DNA from: Sphaerodactylus townsendi
Taxonomy: Eukaryota
Reading direction: 5' to 3'
DNA length: 64,000 nt
Assembly: GCF_021028975.2 (NCBI RefSeq)
Contig: NC_059431.1
Span: 68,200,001 to 68,264,000 of the forward strand
Made by a program: the position numbers and the translations under genes. This document shows, one piece after another, positions 37,486 to 50,500 of the stretch (the first letter of the stretch is position 1; every line of letters starts with the position of its first letter). Below the pieces are notes generated by a model that saw only the letters and a list, made by a program, of their open reading frames with translations, did not search any database and was not told where the DNA came from.

Positions 37486-38552
37486 CAGGGGTGTATCTAT
37501 GGAAAATAATGCCTGGGGCAAGCTCTCAAAATGTGCCTCTGTCAGTTGACCTGGGTGCTATACTCCCAGCTGCCCCCATGGCCACACGGAAGTCCAACAC
37601 TGACAGAGCAACCCACTGCCCCACCAGGGATTCCACAGCACATGAACTCACCTTGCTGATTTGCTTCACTCACCACATCTCCTGTGGGCCAGAGGGGGCA
37701 GGAAAGCAACTGGCCACCACCGCAACCCAGCGACTCTTTGAATTTTAAAGATACTGTACCCAAAAGGAGGGCAGTTTTTTGGCAGGGTGGGAACCCTGGC
37801 TCAATGGTGCTTTCCATGTGATTCCTAAAAGTGGTACTTGGGTTGGCTGACCCCTCCGGCTCCCCCAGATCTGCTACTGATCGAATCCCCACTTGAAATT
37901 TGCATGCAGGTTCAAACCTGTTAATTGTGAAACCGTGTCCTCTTCATCAGAGTTTCTCCCTCCCCACTGCAGCAAACACACAGCAGACACACCCAGTTGT
38001 AGAACTCTTAGCAATCCCCACTACCAGGCGAGCTGGCTTTGCCGGTCTCCCCTGATTGACTGGCATGCCTTGATGGGGCATTTTTCCCACTGTGGAAATG
38101 TACATTGTATGGGCATGATAAAAAAAACCGTGTAAAAGTTTAATGTTTAACTGTGCAAACAGTTACTCGTTACCTGTGTAAACCATTAACAATTCAAAGT
38201 CACACATTTGATTGTTTAACGTTTGTGTTGGCTGATCGCAAAAGCAAAAACAAAACCAAGGAAAGGCTGCGCACGCATCACAGCACTGATTGGTTGCCCA
38301 AATTCCACGTCACACCCCAGGGCAGGAAACGAGTCAGGGTTTCAACCCTCATCCCTCCACTTGGATCAGCTCTGAACCGTATTAATGGGGTCTATGCCAC
38401 TTGCAACCAGGTCTGGCCAGAACGCGGATTAACAGGGAGAACGAGCGCCAGAAATGGAATCTGCCACGCAAGCAATGGGGCGGTTGTCCCTCAAATCTGG
38501 TTAGTTTGTGTTCTGAAACCTGGCTAAGACAGTAGTGGGGATTCGACCACTG
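37486..38552. mobile_element. hAT-like element whose right TIR is interrupted by a Harbinger-like element
   Basis: Left TIR caggggtgtatct; right TIR agatctgctact...g split by the insertion; TSD tgggagac (37478-37485) / tgggacac (38553-38560). Confidence 0.75.
37879..38548. mobile_element. Non-autonomous Harbinger-like element
   Basis: TIRs gatcgaatccccact / agtggggattcgacc; 3-bp TSD act. Confidence 0.8.
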
Positions 38553-38849
38553 TGGGACACACACATGTGGGAAAATTGTATCTTTATGTGCCATATATGT
38601 AACTTTAAGAAAATGTGTGTGAAGAATGATAATATATTACCACTAATTTTGAACAGAGAGATGCAGAGTTATCTGGGTAACCACCTGCAAGGGTCACTGA
38701 TTCAGCATAAACCACAGACTAGAACATGTTTGTTCTGAAAAGTTTTAGGGCTTCAATCCTCTTTACTTTGGTTGCTTAAATAAAAATAATTGTTCCTGTT
38801 TCAGGCACTGCATATCTAGCATTCTTCTTGCTATCTGCTTGCTCTTTAG

Positions 38850-39860
38850 ATTGATCCAGCTATACTGCCATGTCATAAGGAAAGCTGGATTAGATTTAGA
38901 TGAAAGAGGAATGACAACTGGAAGAGGGAACCTTAACAATTTGAGATATGCAGATGACACAATATTACTGGCAGAAAACAGTAAAGACTTGAAATAACTC
39001 CTGATTTAGGTTAAAGCAAAAAGCACCAAACTTGAGCATGAAGAAGACAAAGGTAATGACCACTGAGGTTTTACACATCTTAAGGCTAATGATAAAGAAA
39101 TTTAAATTGTCAATGATTTTCTATTCCTTGGTTCCATCATCAACCAAAAAGGCAGCCTGCAACCAAAAAAGCAGGAGGAGACTGAGACCCATTCCGCACA
39201 CACAAAATAATGCGTTTTCAAACCACTTTCACAACTGTTTGCAAGTAGATTTTGCCATTCCGCACAGCTGCAAAGAGCACTGAAAGCAGTTGGAAAGTGC
39301 ATTATTCTGCATGTGCGGAATGAGCCTGAGACTGGGAAGGGCATCCTTGAAGAAAGTGGAAAAGATTCCAAAGTGTAAGGAAATGATGCTGGCAACTAAG
39401 ATCAAGATAATCCATACCATAGTATTCCACATTAATATGTATGAGTGTGAAAGCTGGACAATGAAGAAAGCTGACAGGAGGAAACTTGATTCATTTGAAT
39501 GTGGTGTTGGAGTAGAGGTTTGAAGATATTGTGGAGTACCAAAAAAAACAAATAAGTAGTTTCTAGATCAAATTAAACTTGATCTCTCTCTAAAAGCTAA
39601 AATGACCATAATACTTTGGTCACATTATGACCAAAATGTGGTCATAATGACCAACTTTATTGATCAACATTATGACCAACTTTATTGGAAAAATCAATTA
39701 TAGAAAAGTTGAAGGCAGCAGGAAAAGAAGAAAACCCAACATGAGATGGATTGACCCCATCAAGAAAGCCATCACCCTATGCAAGACCTGAGCAAGACTG
39801 TTAATGATAAGATGTTTTGAAGGTCATCGATTCAGAGGGTCACCATCAGTTGGAAGATTA
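38850..39860 (+). mobile_element. BovB/RTE LINE 3' fragment
   Basis: RT motif NNLRYADDTILLAE, then YECESWTMKKADRRKLDSFE, and an RTE-type 3' end; interrupted by the MITE at 39186-39326. Confidence 0.9.
39186..39326. mobile_element. 141-bp Harbinger-like MITE inserted in BovB
   Basis: TSD tga; removing it restores the BovB frame RRRLRLGR; near-identical to 34981-35121. Confidence 0.9.
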
Positions 39861-41699
39861 TAGAAAATGAATAAATCCATTGAAGAGGATTCATTCTTCC
39901 CCAGTTCTTCTTTCAGCTCAGTCAGGGCAGCAGACGGTAAACCTTTCTTCTGTTAAATTCAAGCATTATTATACATAGATCAATATAAGACAAGTTTAAT
40001 TGATGGAAAGCCAAACACTGCATTTTTTAAAGAGGAATTTGGAGTTGTGTGCAGAATGAATAGTGAAAATGTATTTTGAGGAACATTAATATTCCTCAGC
40101 ATTGATTCATCCTGATCCCAGTCATGCTTCTCTTTCCTAAAATGTGTCTTCATTAATAATAAATACATGTTTGTGACTGTATGAACCAACTGATGTACTT
40201 TCAACATTGCATCACTCTGCCTTTAAAAATGTGAACTAATAAAAAATCCCCTGACTTTCAATAAAACATTTTAATTAATCTATGTGAAGTGTTTCTTAAG
40301 GACTGAATCTGATGTTTGCTAGGATAATGACACTGACTTAGATGCATCATGAATACCTAATCTTTACCACTGACAGGGACCACAGGCATTTTAACATCTC
40401 ATGCCTGGGCTCCAAAGAATTTCTTCTGGCTCATCTAAGGACTTGGGCATGTCCAAGGTTTGTTTGTTTGGATTTTTCTTTGTACACTTGACGTTCTTAC
40501 AGTATGCCATATGACAGACAGCATTTGAAATGCTTCAGTTTGAAAAGCAGTTTGCCATATGGCAAGGTGGCAGCTGGTTTTTGACCAACACATACCCAAA
40601 GCTGTCTTGTGAGTGAGGAACTACAGCGCTATCATATGCAGAGTTACACCAATTGACTGCAATTAACTTAGAAGGGTATGACTCTGCTGAGGATATCACT
40701 GCTAGTTATGTAATTGTTTGGATCCTTCTAGGATTTCCAAATTGCAGGTTTTGGATCCAATATTCAAATTTTGGGCCTTATTCTCAAGGCCTCAAAGCAG
40801 CAGGTTTAAATTTCAGGGCTGATCCGCATGCATGATGATTTTTTTCTACTACCTCTTTGCATGGATGTCTGAGCGATCAACTGCATGTGTAATAGTGGTT
40901 TGTAGTAATAAAAGCCCAGTCCATTTCCTCCACTTTCATCCTTTCAACATTACACAGAATCCCTTTGGGGGGGGGGGGAGGCTATGCTACTGCAGTGCCA
41001 TCCTTAGCTACCACACACTCACCCTTCTCCCAGGTTGTTACTGTAGGTGAGCTATTCAGGAGAGCCTTTGCCGGACTAATGTTTCACACACCACCGACAG
41101 TAAGTAACTGACAATTCCTCTCTTGGTGGCATATTAACTCAAATAGTAATTCTGTAAACACAAGCAATTCCTGTAATTATCTAATGCACAAATGGTGGTG
41201 ATTCATATTGTTGGTTGCTTGGTGGAGTAATATTTCCAGATTTACTAAAATGCATATTGGGAAGAAAAGTAAAATTTACTGGGCACATAGTAACAGTATA
41301 TCCTATGAGCTTATGAAGCTGCAACAGTAAAATTAGAAATATCAGAAATTCCACAATGCATTATAGAACGCTACTTACATATCAGTAGATAACCATAATG
41401 GTTATTCAAATCATAAAGAGACTTTGTTTAGTATAGTTGTGCAGCTTCTACAGTCCATTGTTTGCTGTGCTTTCTTTGATCAATGGTAGAGCTTATTCAT
41501 ATCATACTGCAGGCAGCCTATCACATCCCAAATATAACCCGTACAGGAAAATGAATGAAACTTGGACACTGAAAAGGGGCAATGGTGGAAGATCTGTGGA
41601 ATGTGCCAACAGGTGGCAAGAAGAATAGTCACTTTCATAAGGACATGGAATGACAAAACTTTTGACTAGGAGGAAAAAACCTAATACATTCATTCCACC

Positions 41700-42260
41700 C
41701 CATAATAACTTGCTTTGGTCTCCAGGCTGTTGTCAGATTCCATCGTTCTTCCTGGGAAACTGCCTCTGGGAAAGGGGGGCTTGTTTGAAGAAAGGTATTG
41801 AAGACAGCAAGAAAATCATTCCAAAGGCATCATTGTGGCAGAAGATTTCTGTGAGCAACTCATGCAGCATTTATAGATGCTATTGGCAATCCAACTGCAT
41901 TCTGATAAGGGCAGCTTGTGAATGTCAGCCTAATTAGCCAAGTCTAATGTCGGGTTTCCTGTAGAGAGCTTTTGTAGAGTAATTACGTTCCTTGAGGACA
42001 AACTGCTGCAATTATAGGTCTTTAACTAATCGAGATAAACATCCTTTGAATTCTCACAGCAAGTGAGCCAGTCCCACAGAGTGGTTTCTCATCTTGACCT
42101 ATAACAATATAGGGTATTATGACAGGTGACTGCAATGCCTTTTTATTCTTGAATGTTTAGCACACTGATCTGAACACCAATTTATCAGGTAAATGTTTTA
42201 CAAATAACTAGCATGCACTAAATGCTGATTGAAAACAAATATTTGAATCATTGTAATGCC
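41700..42260. promoter_or_regulatory. Candidate conserved non-coding element
   Basis: Unique block dense in homeodomain (CTAATTAG, TAATTA), GATA (CTGATAAG, AGATAA), SOX (CATTGT, AACAAT) and TGACAG (MEIS) motifs. Confidence 0.4.
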
Positions 42261-44419
42261 ATTAGAGAACGTTCAAAGTTTCTAATAAAAAAGGATACAA
42301 TTTGACAGAATGATGGATCATGGTTCACTAGGTATCTTCATACTATAGAATAGTTGGACTTACAGGGTAACTTCTCTTTTTGTTGGTCTAAATATGGTCA
42401 AGGGACCATTTTCCAGATTTTAAACACATTTTAATCCTCTTTCAACTGAAGCTGTTATGCTAGCTTTCTCAGAATCTTTATTCTTGAGTAATCTTTCTGA
42501 GATCAGTAAGTGTTTAGATAAAATTAATCTAGAGTTTGTTCACAGAAATCTACCTTTAATACAGTAAGTACAAATTTTGGTACCTCAGTGACAATCTTAT
42601 TTACAATTTAAGGTCAGTCATACTGGCATGTTACTTTAAGTGGCAGTAGGACAAAAAGTACAACTGTATTGTGAACATATGTTTTATTTCTTTGTTGATG
42701 GCCCCAGTAGAATGTTCATTCATCTTCCCATTGCAAGCTGGAAAGTAGGGATACTTTACACTGTAATTAAAAATGGGAATGCCACCATTTTGTATCTTAG
42801 GTGCCTGAGAACATTTTTATAATATTTCAGCAGGCAAAAAACCTACACTCAAATAACAAGGAAACAACTCTATATATAATCAACACATCAGTTTAAGTAC
42901 ACAATCTATGAGACTGTCCCAAAGTATATGCTAATTTTAAAAGTTTTTTTAAAAAGATTCCTTAAGGGAAATAATGCTTTAGAAGGCATTGAAATATTAT
43001 TGGGAACTTTTAATGGCAAAAGGTATAAAAATAGACATTAAAATACAGCCTGCATCTGCACTGATGGGGGCATTTCTGGGAGCAGAGCTGACAGAATTTC
43101 CTAAGGGCTTCCTACTCAGAAATGCCCCATTTTTCCGGCATAGACTTCCAGCAGCTAAAAATGTGGTGCAGTTCATTGGGCTGCATAGGGGACTTGCAGT
43201 AGAATTGGAGGTTTCCCCCTCTTTTCTTGCAGCATGTGCCACTGAGAACCTCTTAAGTAATGGCAGTGCTGTGCTGTGCCTGGCTGCCGTGAATCTACCC
43301 TCTTCCTTTCTGGATTGGTTATCCAACTTTTCCAAACTGACTAGAAACTGGAATTTCATCAATACTGTCTGAAATTTTCTGTTAGTCCAACATGCAGCAG
43401 CCAGGTTGCTATTAGGTACTACACACAGAGGTCATGGCAGTCCTGTGTTGAAAGATCTGAACTGATAGTCACGTTCAGTTCAAAACTCTCATTCTTACTT
43501 TTAAAGCCCTGTGGAGCCTGAAAGTCCATCTCCCCCAAACTGTTGCACTCTGAAACTGAAAATCCCTATCTTGAGCCCCAACCTCTCTGGTTTTGCCTGC
43601 AGAGGTGAGACAGTTGGAAACAAGAGACAGGTATATTTTGAGTGTATTTTCTTGGTGTTGGCATCCCATCTTGTAATCTCCCCTTGTGGAGAAACTGCAC
43701 TTATTTTGTAAGCATTTAAGGGCCAAAGTTTTTTTGCTGGAGATTTAGGCTACAATCCAAAGGGAACGCTGAAGCTACACTGGAAGCGGAGAGATGGTTA
43801 TGCTGGTGCCAGTGCCACCAACTCTGCACAAAGTGGCATGAACATTGGTGCAGAAGGACTTACCTCAATAGTGGGGCGCCACATAGCACTGCAGCACAAG
43901 AATCTAGAAGTTTTCCTCTGTGCTGGTCTAGGTAGCCTGTTGGAGGTGTCAGGTCATAGCAGGAGGTTGGCCTGGTCTGTGAAGACTCACAATTAGGAAA
44001 AGAGCACAGCATGTAGAAGCCAAAGCAAGACAGAGCCCAAGATCAGAGCCAAATTACCATAACAGGAAGCCAAGAGTCCATTAAGCAAAGTCCAAGGGGT
44101 CCAATCTGAAGATCAGAGCCCAGAAGCAGCAGCAAGGTGAGTATCAACTAGGCAGCAGTGAAGTTGCACATATGCACTGACATATGCATCTCTCAACAGC
44201 CCTTTCATAGGTCTTCACAGGACATTAGCCCTCATCCTGCGAAGACTCACCCCACTCCTGCTCCAACAGATGCTGTGGCATGCAAACAACTAGAACTGTG
44301 CCTTTTATCCTGCATCTCCCTCCAGTGATGCTGTTTGTGATTCTCAGAAAGTTGAGGTGATTCTGGCCAATATGCAGGTGCACGCAAAAACCACTTTGCA
44401 CCAACCCAGTAGTTTTTGT

Positions 44420-44620
44420 GTGCAACTTCCAGATGGGGCCTGGAGTTCTCTTAGAGCTACAGCTAATCTCCAGACTATCTCCGGAGATCAGTTGGAGCAA
44501 ATGGCAGCTTCAGAGAGTGAACTCTATGGCATCTTATTCCTGGGTTCACCAAGTGCCACCTTCCCAGGCTCCATCCCCAAATCTCCAGGAATTTCCCAAC
44601 CTAGAGTTGACAAGCCTACA
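44420..44620 (+). mobile_element. Degenerate squamate MITE-like repeat (TAGGGTTGCCA-type end)
   Basis: ccccaaatctccaggaatttcccaacctagagttgacaagccta end; ggagatcagtt...ggagcaaatggcagctt block also seen near 47315-47370. Confidence 0.5.
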
Positions 44621-45833
44621 CCACTCCTCCTTTACTATTGTCACCCATCAGTAACACTATCCACACATAACGCTATGATGCATGTACTATGCATGCATGC
44701 ATGTAAAGCATTAGTCAATGCATACTGACATCCGGATGAAGTTATGATATCTCTCAGAGCAGTGCACACAGAATGCACTGCCAAGTACCCAGAAAGAAAG
44801 CCCAGTTCCCCCTTGAAAGTTACCATGAAGGACCGCAGAGGATGGCTACATAAATAAGCTACAAACTTCCTATTAAAAGGGCGTGAGTGCCATTCCTGCA
44901 TTAAGTGCACTTCACCAGCAGTTAAACATGAAACTAGAACTGTATTTATATGATGTAATGGACAATGACTATGCGGACATAATTCTGTCCACAATGATTG
45001 ATGTAAAGGAAGATACTTTGGTGGGAGAGCTGGAGCAGCACTTCATGGAGAAATGCAGGAAAGCTTAAAAAGCTCACAAAATTACTCTTTGCCAGCTTTC
45101 TGGGTGGGCCACACTCACTGTGGTGAGCTGCAAAGATAAAAGGAAACTAGGACAGGAGAACTGTGTCTCTCAGTGCTTCCTCCAACACACTGCATCACAC
45201 ATGGTTAAAGCATACACTATCAGTAATCAAGAGGACCTCCCTGACAGGCCAAATGGTGTTGAGGTTATCTTTCTATAAATATCCCTTGAGACACAGCAGT
45301 GCTTCTCATTTAGTTGTATGAGTGTCTCTCTTGTTGATAGCTGCAGGGTTTTTTGTTTTTTTTTGGTTTTAGTAATTATAGTCACCATGTTGCATTAAAC
45401 ATCAAATTGGATGTCTGGGAAAAATAGAGCAAAAAACAGTGGCCAGGTTCTCATTTATGGTTGAAATTTTCAGAACAGATGCCAATTTATAGAGAATGCA
45501 AAACAGAATGTAAACATTGCTTCCGAACTTGCCTCAGCTCCAACAGTGGTCATGTGAGCCAATTTCCTTGAACCAATGAGAAGCCTATAATCTATCCTAA
45601 CCTAGAGTTAGCAACCCAAGGAGCACAGAGATGCCACAGCTAGTCAGTAACAAAGACACACCCTAACTCTGACTGTTTTCATAAGGGACACTAGTTTATA
45701 GAAAGAGGTCCTAATGCAGGTTTTTTTAACTTGTTAAAAGGTTAAAATTTATGTTCAGGATTTATATCCCTCCTTTCTGTCTCAAATGGCACACAAAGTG
45801 GCTGACAACATGAAATGAAAATGTTGATGTGGC

Positions 45834-46383
45834 CATAGGGTGGGGCAATGCTATTTGAGGAAGGAGTGTCATGCACCCTAGACCCCCTTCCCACCCCAGA
45901 AGCCCTGTCCTTTCACCAGTTGGGGGGGGGGGGGCACAGTTCCAGGCTGGGCTTGGCCAGGTCTAGCTTTAAACTGTTGGCTCCACCTCAAAGCTCTCAG
46001 TTTAAAGCTGAACCCAGCCAAGCGAAGGCCAGTCTTGAATTGCAGGCTCAGCCAGGCTGGGTCCAGCTTTATACTGTTGACTCTGCCTCTGGAATCTACA
46101 TGACTTCAAAAGTGGAGCTTCAGAGACAGAGGCAACAGTATAAAGCTGGATCCAGTCAGGGCAGAACTCACAGTTCAAGGCTGGGGTCAACCTGACTGGG
46201 TCTACCTTTAAATTGCAGGCTTTGGAGATGGAGCTCACAATTTAAAGCTGAAGCCAGCAATTCTAGCCTTGAACTGCGCCCCATCCCCCCAACTACATGT
46301 GGCGTTGGGGGTGGGGGTGATGTGCGCAGCTCAATGCTGGGCAGTGCTTGCTCTGGGCGTCATCTTTAGTAGAAATGCCCCTC
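45834..46383. mobile_element. Degenerate hAT-like element with nested internal hairpins
   Basis: Right TIR agaaatgcccctc; TSD gatgtggc/gatgtgac; internal inverted units such as ccagctttatactgttg / caacagtataaagctgg. Confidence 0.6.
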
Positions 46384-48549
46384 GATGTGACAACAGCCTA
46401 TGTCTGATGTCTAAACTTAGAAACTAGGGACTTACATACTATACCCTACAAACCTCTTTTTTCCTCCCTATCCTTTTTTAAATTGAGGCTTTTGACAACA
46501 CTTAGTCTTCCAGTTCTCAGTGAGAGCTATGCTTAGGGAGTCACCCATCATTCACTTGGCCTGTTATGAGGGTATTATAGGCTTGAAGAAACCACACAGT
46601 AGGCTTTGCGAAAACATCAGGAAATAGATTCATTTCAGTGGTATATATGATGTGGTTGTTTCTTTGTTCTCCTTTTTGCCAGCCTTCTCAGTATTACAGT
46701 GTAACAGTTACAAATCAGGTTTGCTTATGGTTGCCAGCCTTCTGTTGGGGCTGCCTCACAGCACCAAGCAGCCTGTTCCATCCCTCTCCCAAATACTCCA
46801 GGTAAATGGCAGGAGGGCCTGGGCAGTAAGAGCAAGCCTCGGCAGTTCCTGGGAAAAGGTGAAGATAGCACAGCTTTGGCCAAATTGCAATCAGCAACCC
46901 ACTGCAGCCTTAAAGAGTGGAGTGGAGTGAAGTGGAGGGGGGGGGGTTGCAGCCCCAACTAGGCTACAATCAAGGAGGAGGACCAGGAGAGCTGAAGAGC
47001 CAGTCCCAGACTGGCAGAGCACAACAGACAGATCACCAGCCACTAGGAGGCTGGAGCAGGGAGCTCCCAGAAGGGAGGGAATCTCCTGAGAGGGATAAAA
47101 GGGAGTCAGGGGGAAAGGGAGGGGGTTGGCATGATGCAGGGACTCAAGCTTACAGGAGTGCCGCTAACTACCTGACAAAAGTAGACAACTTATGAACAGA
47201 ATCCAGAATCATGAACAAGTTTTGCTTGTTCCAAAAGGATAGCCTAGCTCCTGAGAGACCAAGGTGGTCTACCCTGCAGGTGTATGCCAGCAGAGAGTAT
47301 GCTCACAAGACCAGAGAGATCGGTTTATCTGGAGAAAATGGCTGCTTTGAAGCATGAACTCTTTGGTATTGCACCCTGCTGTTTACTTTTGGGTATGTTT
47401 AATGCAATTTGATATGACATCATAATACAGATGCAAGAAATTAAACTATGTGTTAGTAGTTAGCTTCCTTTTCTCAGCCAGGATGGTAGTGGCTGTAAGT
47501 AACATCAAGATAGATAAAAACTCTCCAAAGATCACTGGCTATTCTGGAAAGGGGAGCCTGTCAGGACAAAGGACCAAATTACTAAGTGGATGTAACACAA
47601 TGTGAGCAATGTGGAAAAGTTCTGACCAATGTGTCACTCACCATTATTAATACTAGCAACGGAAAACCGAGCTGTAGGCTGTGATCTGACATTAATTTCA
47701 AACAACACAGAGCACAAATAGAACATTAAATATGAAACAGCTTTGCTCACAGAAAATATGAGGTTTCCCATAGATAACATAGAAACAATACAGTGTTGCA
47801 TTCTGTTCTGCATCTTTTGTTCTGCCCTTTTTTTTCAAAACATGCTCTTCATTCTCCATGTACAACAATAAATATAATTCAGATGGTTAACACTGAGGCT
47901 AAATAATAAGTCTGCTCAGTCCTGACTGAAGACCGTTCCACATGGTAACCTTACTCCCTATTTTGTGTGTGGCTGATTGGCAAGCTTTGAAATCAGCTTG
48001 GTTATGAATGTCGCACACTTCCTATTTACCACTGTATTTTCCAGCCCCTTGTATGCCTTAGATTTGTTTAGGAAGGGTGTTATTTCAGCACACAATCAAA
48101 TATTCAGTCATATACCCCGAGGGTGGCAAAGGTCACTAGTGCTGTCATCGGTGCCATCAGAAAACAACCCTTTAAAAAAGTTTGCACATGTGTTTTAGCA
48201 AAACTACACAGTAGCACTCATTTACACTACATTAGATTGCTTCTCATAGATAGAAAACCACTGCATACAATAAAGACTGAACAGTTTTGTGCAGCTGCAT
48301 ATAAAATCTGTTGGTCATTGGTGGATTAAGTATTTTTTATGCAAGGGAATTTTATTGATTTTTTTAAAAAATTGCATGCTTGTTTATGTCAAGCAATGTT
48401 GTTATGCTGGTTAATGACTGTTTTAATAAATTATTGTGATTTATTACAGTAGAACTAAACTGAGAGCAAGGCAGGTGTCAGGGGTTTAAACGCTGGCGCA
48501 CCCCCCCTCCCTCCATTTGCTTGCGTAGAGGATACTGTGCTATTGAAGA

Positions 48550-49990
48550 AACTTTATGAGGCAGCCACACTGACTTGGTTAAAAGACTGGATAATTCTAA
48601 AAGAAAAAAAAATTATTGCACTTGGAAAAAATTGATTTAAGGAAAGGATTGCATGCTTACCTTTGGCCAAATGAACAAAAAATAAACACAACTCCACTAA
48701 ATCAGAAAGTCAATACACAGAATATGGATGAAATACAAAGACAGGTTTTACAATAAAACACCATTATGGATATCTAGGGCAGAATCATTACAAATTAAAG
48801 ACTTCTTAGAAATAGGAAACTGGCCTAATTACAAAGATTTACTCCAACAATCAAATGGTCAGATGTCAATGAAGGATATAACAGAATTACAAAGCAACGG
48901 TATTCTTTGCAATTGGGATACCTACAAAAACTTAGAGGAAGATTTTATAAAAGATTTAAAAGTAGAAGACTGGAATACTTGAATTCTGGAATTCCCAACT
49001 GGAATACTAATGAATTTGAAGAAATACTATGCAAAAATGACAAAAAATTGATAAATAAAATGTATAAAATATTACTAGGCTACGAAACGGAACATGAAAC
49101 AGTAAAGGAAGTAATGATAAAGTGGGCCTCAGATTTTAACTGGCCAATATTACTAGAAGAGTGGAACAAATGCTGGGAAAGACATAACAAGTTCACCCTA
49201 GCTATTAATTTAAAGGAAAAGTTTATTAAAATATTCCATAGATGGTACTACACCCCCACTAAACTAGCCAAATTTAACACAAGTGATGAAAATAAATGTT
49301 GGAAATGCAAAAAGAAAGTGGGCTCCTTCATCCACATGTGGTGGGAATGCTGTCAAATACAAACCTTTGGGGATAAGATAATTGACATTTTAGATAAAAT
49401 ATTTCACACAAAAATAGCAAGACGTCCTGAAACAATTCTTCTAGGGATGTCCAGCAACAAAGTAATAATTCATAATATTAACCTATTCCTATATTTAGTG
49501 ACAATTGCAAAAATAAAGATCTCAAAAATATGGAAATCAAGTGACATTCCTAAAGTAGAAGAATGGGAAAAGAAAATAACATCCATAATGTCTATTGACA
49601 GACTGACTTGGAAAATAAGGAACAATCCAGAAAAATTTAATAAAACTTGGGGCTTAACAAAATATTTAAATAAATAAGGGAATATAATTGGTTTGTGAAA
49701 TGTTGTCAACATTTATAAAGTATATATTTTATGGAATATGGAATTTTGTTTTTTTCTGTTTGTCTTTCAAATAGCAAGATAACTCCTTCTTTTGATCTTA
49801 GTTTCAAATTTGTTCAAGCTAATGTATTTATAATTTATATATTCATATGTATAGTTCATATAAGAATTAACTTTACATTTTGTACATTATGATGTGCTGA
49901 TTTGTTTGTATAGAATTTAATGAGTTTATTGTAATGATTGAAATGGTTAATAAACATATATTATTTATTTATTTTAAAAAGAAAAAAGAA
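48550..49990 (+). mobile_element. 5'-truncated L1/Tx1-clade LINE (ORF2 C-terminus, AT-rich 3' UTR, A-rich tail)
   Basis: ORF 48907-49677 has FHRWYYTP and the CCHC knuckle KCWKC...GSFIHMWWEC; upstream frameshifted LYEAATLTWLKDWI; AATAAA ~49949 then an A-rich tail. Confidence 0.9.
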
Positions 49991-50119
49991 ACATTGATGT
50001 TTGGCCACATTGTATTCCAGCCAAATATGGTAGCAGCCTTTATTGTAAGAGTTGGAACATTGCTTTATTTATATGAGAAATTAGTCTTTGACATCTCTCC
50101 CCCCCACACACACACATTT

Positions 50120-50500
50120 TAAATTGGAATATAGCTTGAATGTTTCCAGTCTTCCATATTTATGTTTCCAGTCTTCCATATGTTTCCAGTGTTCCATATT
50201 CTTATAACAATTTTGATAGACTGTTTCTGTGGTTTGAAATAGCTCTATTGACATCCCAGTTTCTTCAAGAACACTTTTCACTTCATTTTTTAAAACTGCA
50301 GATTCTTCTTCAAAAGATTCTTCTTGGAAGGAATACATCATCCTATAATCTATTCTATATAGTTCTTCACTGAATTGTTCCTATCTTTTCTTTATTTTGT
50401 CCTGTTCAGTTAAGTTGTTTCCGTGTTCATCTTTCAGCATGCTTAACCTTGCTTTAAATTTCCCCTTGATTTCCCAAATTTTTTGGAACAGATCTCTTGT
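50120..50500 (-). mobile_element. Degenerate BovB/RTE fragment
   Basis: EESFEEESAVLKNEVKSVLE resembles the RTE EP.IL..EV.AL motif. Confidence 0.6.

Noticed and set aside
42989-43372. 127-aa (+) and 121-aa (-) ORFs as possible ERCC6L2 or novel exons
   Set aside because: No resemblance to the recalled ERCC6L2 C-terminus and no convincing splice-site pair. I found no ERCC6L2 exon anywhere in the window.
46690-47290. LTR-like segment (similar impressions at ~43940-44290 and ~53050-53500)
   Set aside because: Composition is suggestive, but I could not identify TG..CA termini with a TSD, so it is not reported as a feature.
48907-49677. 256-aa ORF as a host or domesticated gene
   Set aside because: It is the C-terminus of L1/Tx1 ORF2, frameshifted upstream and followed by a LINE 3' UTR and A-tail.
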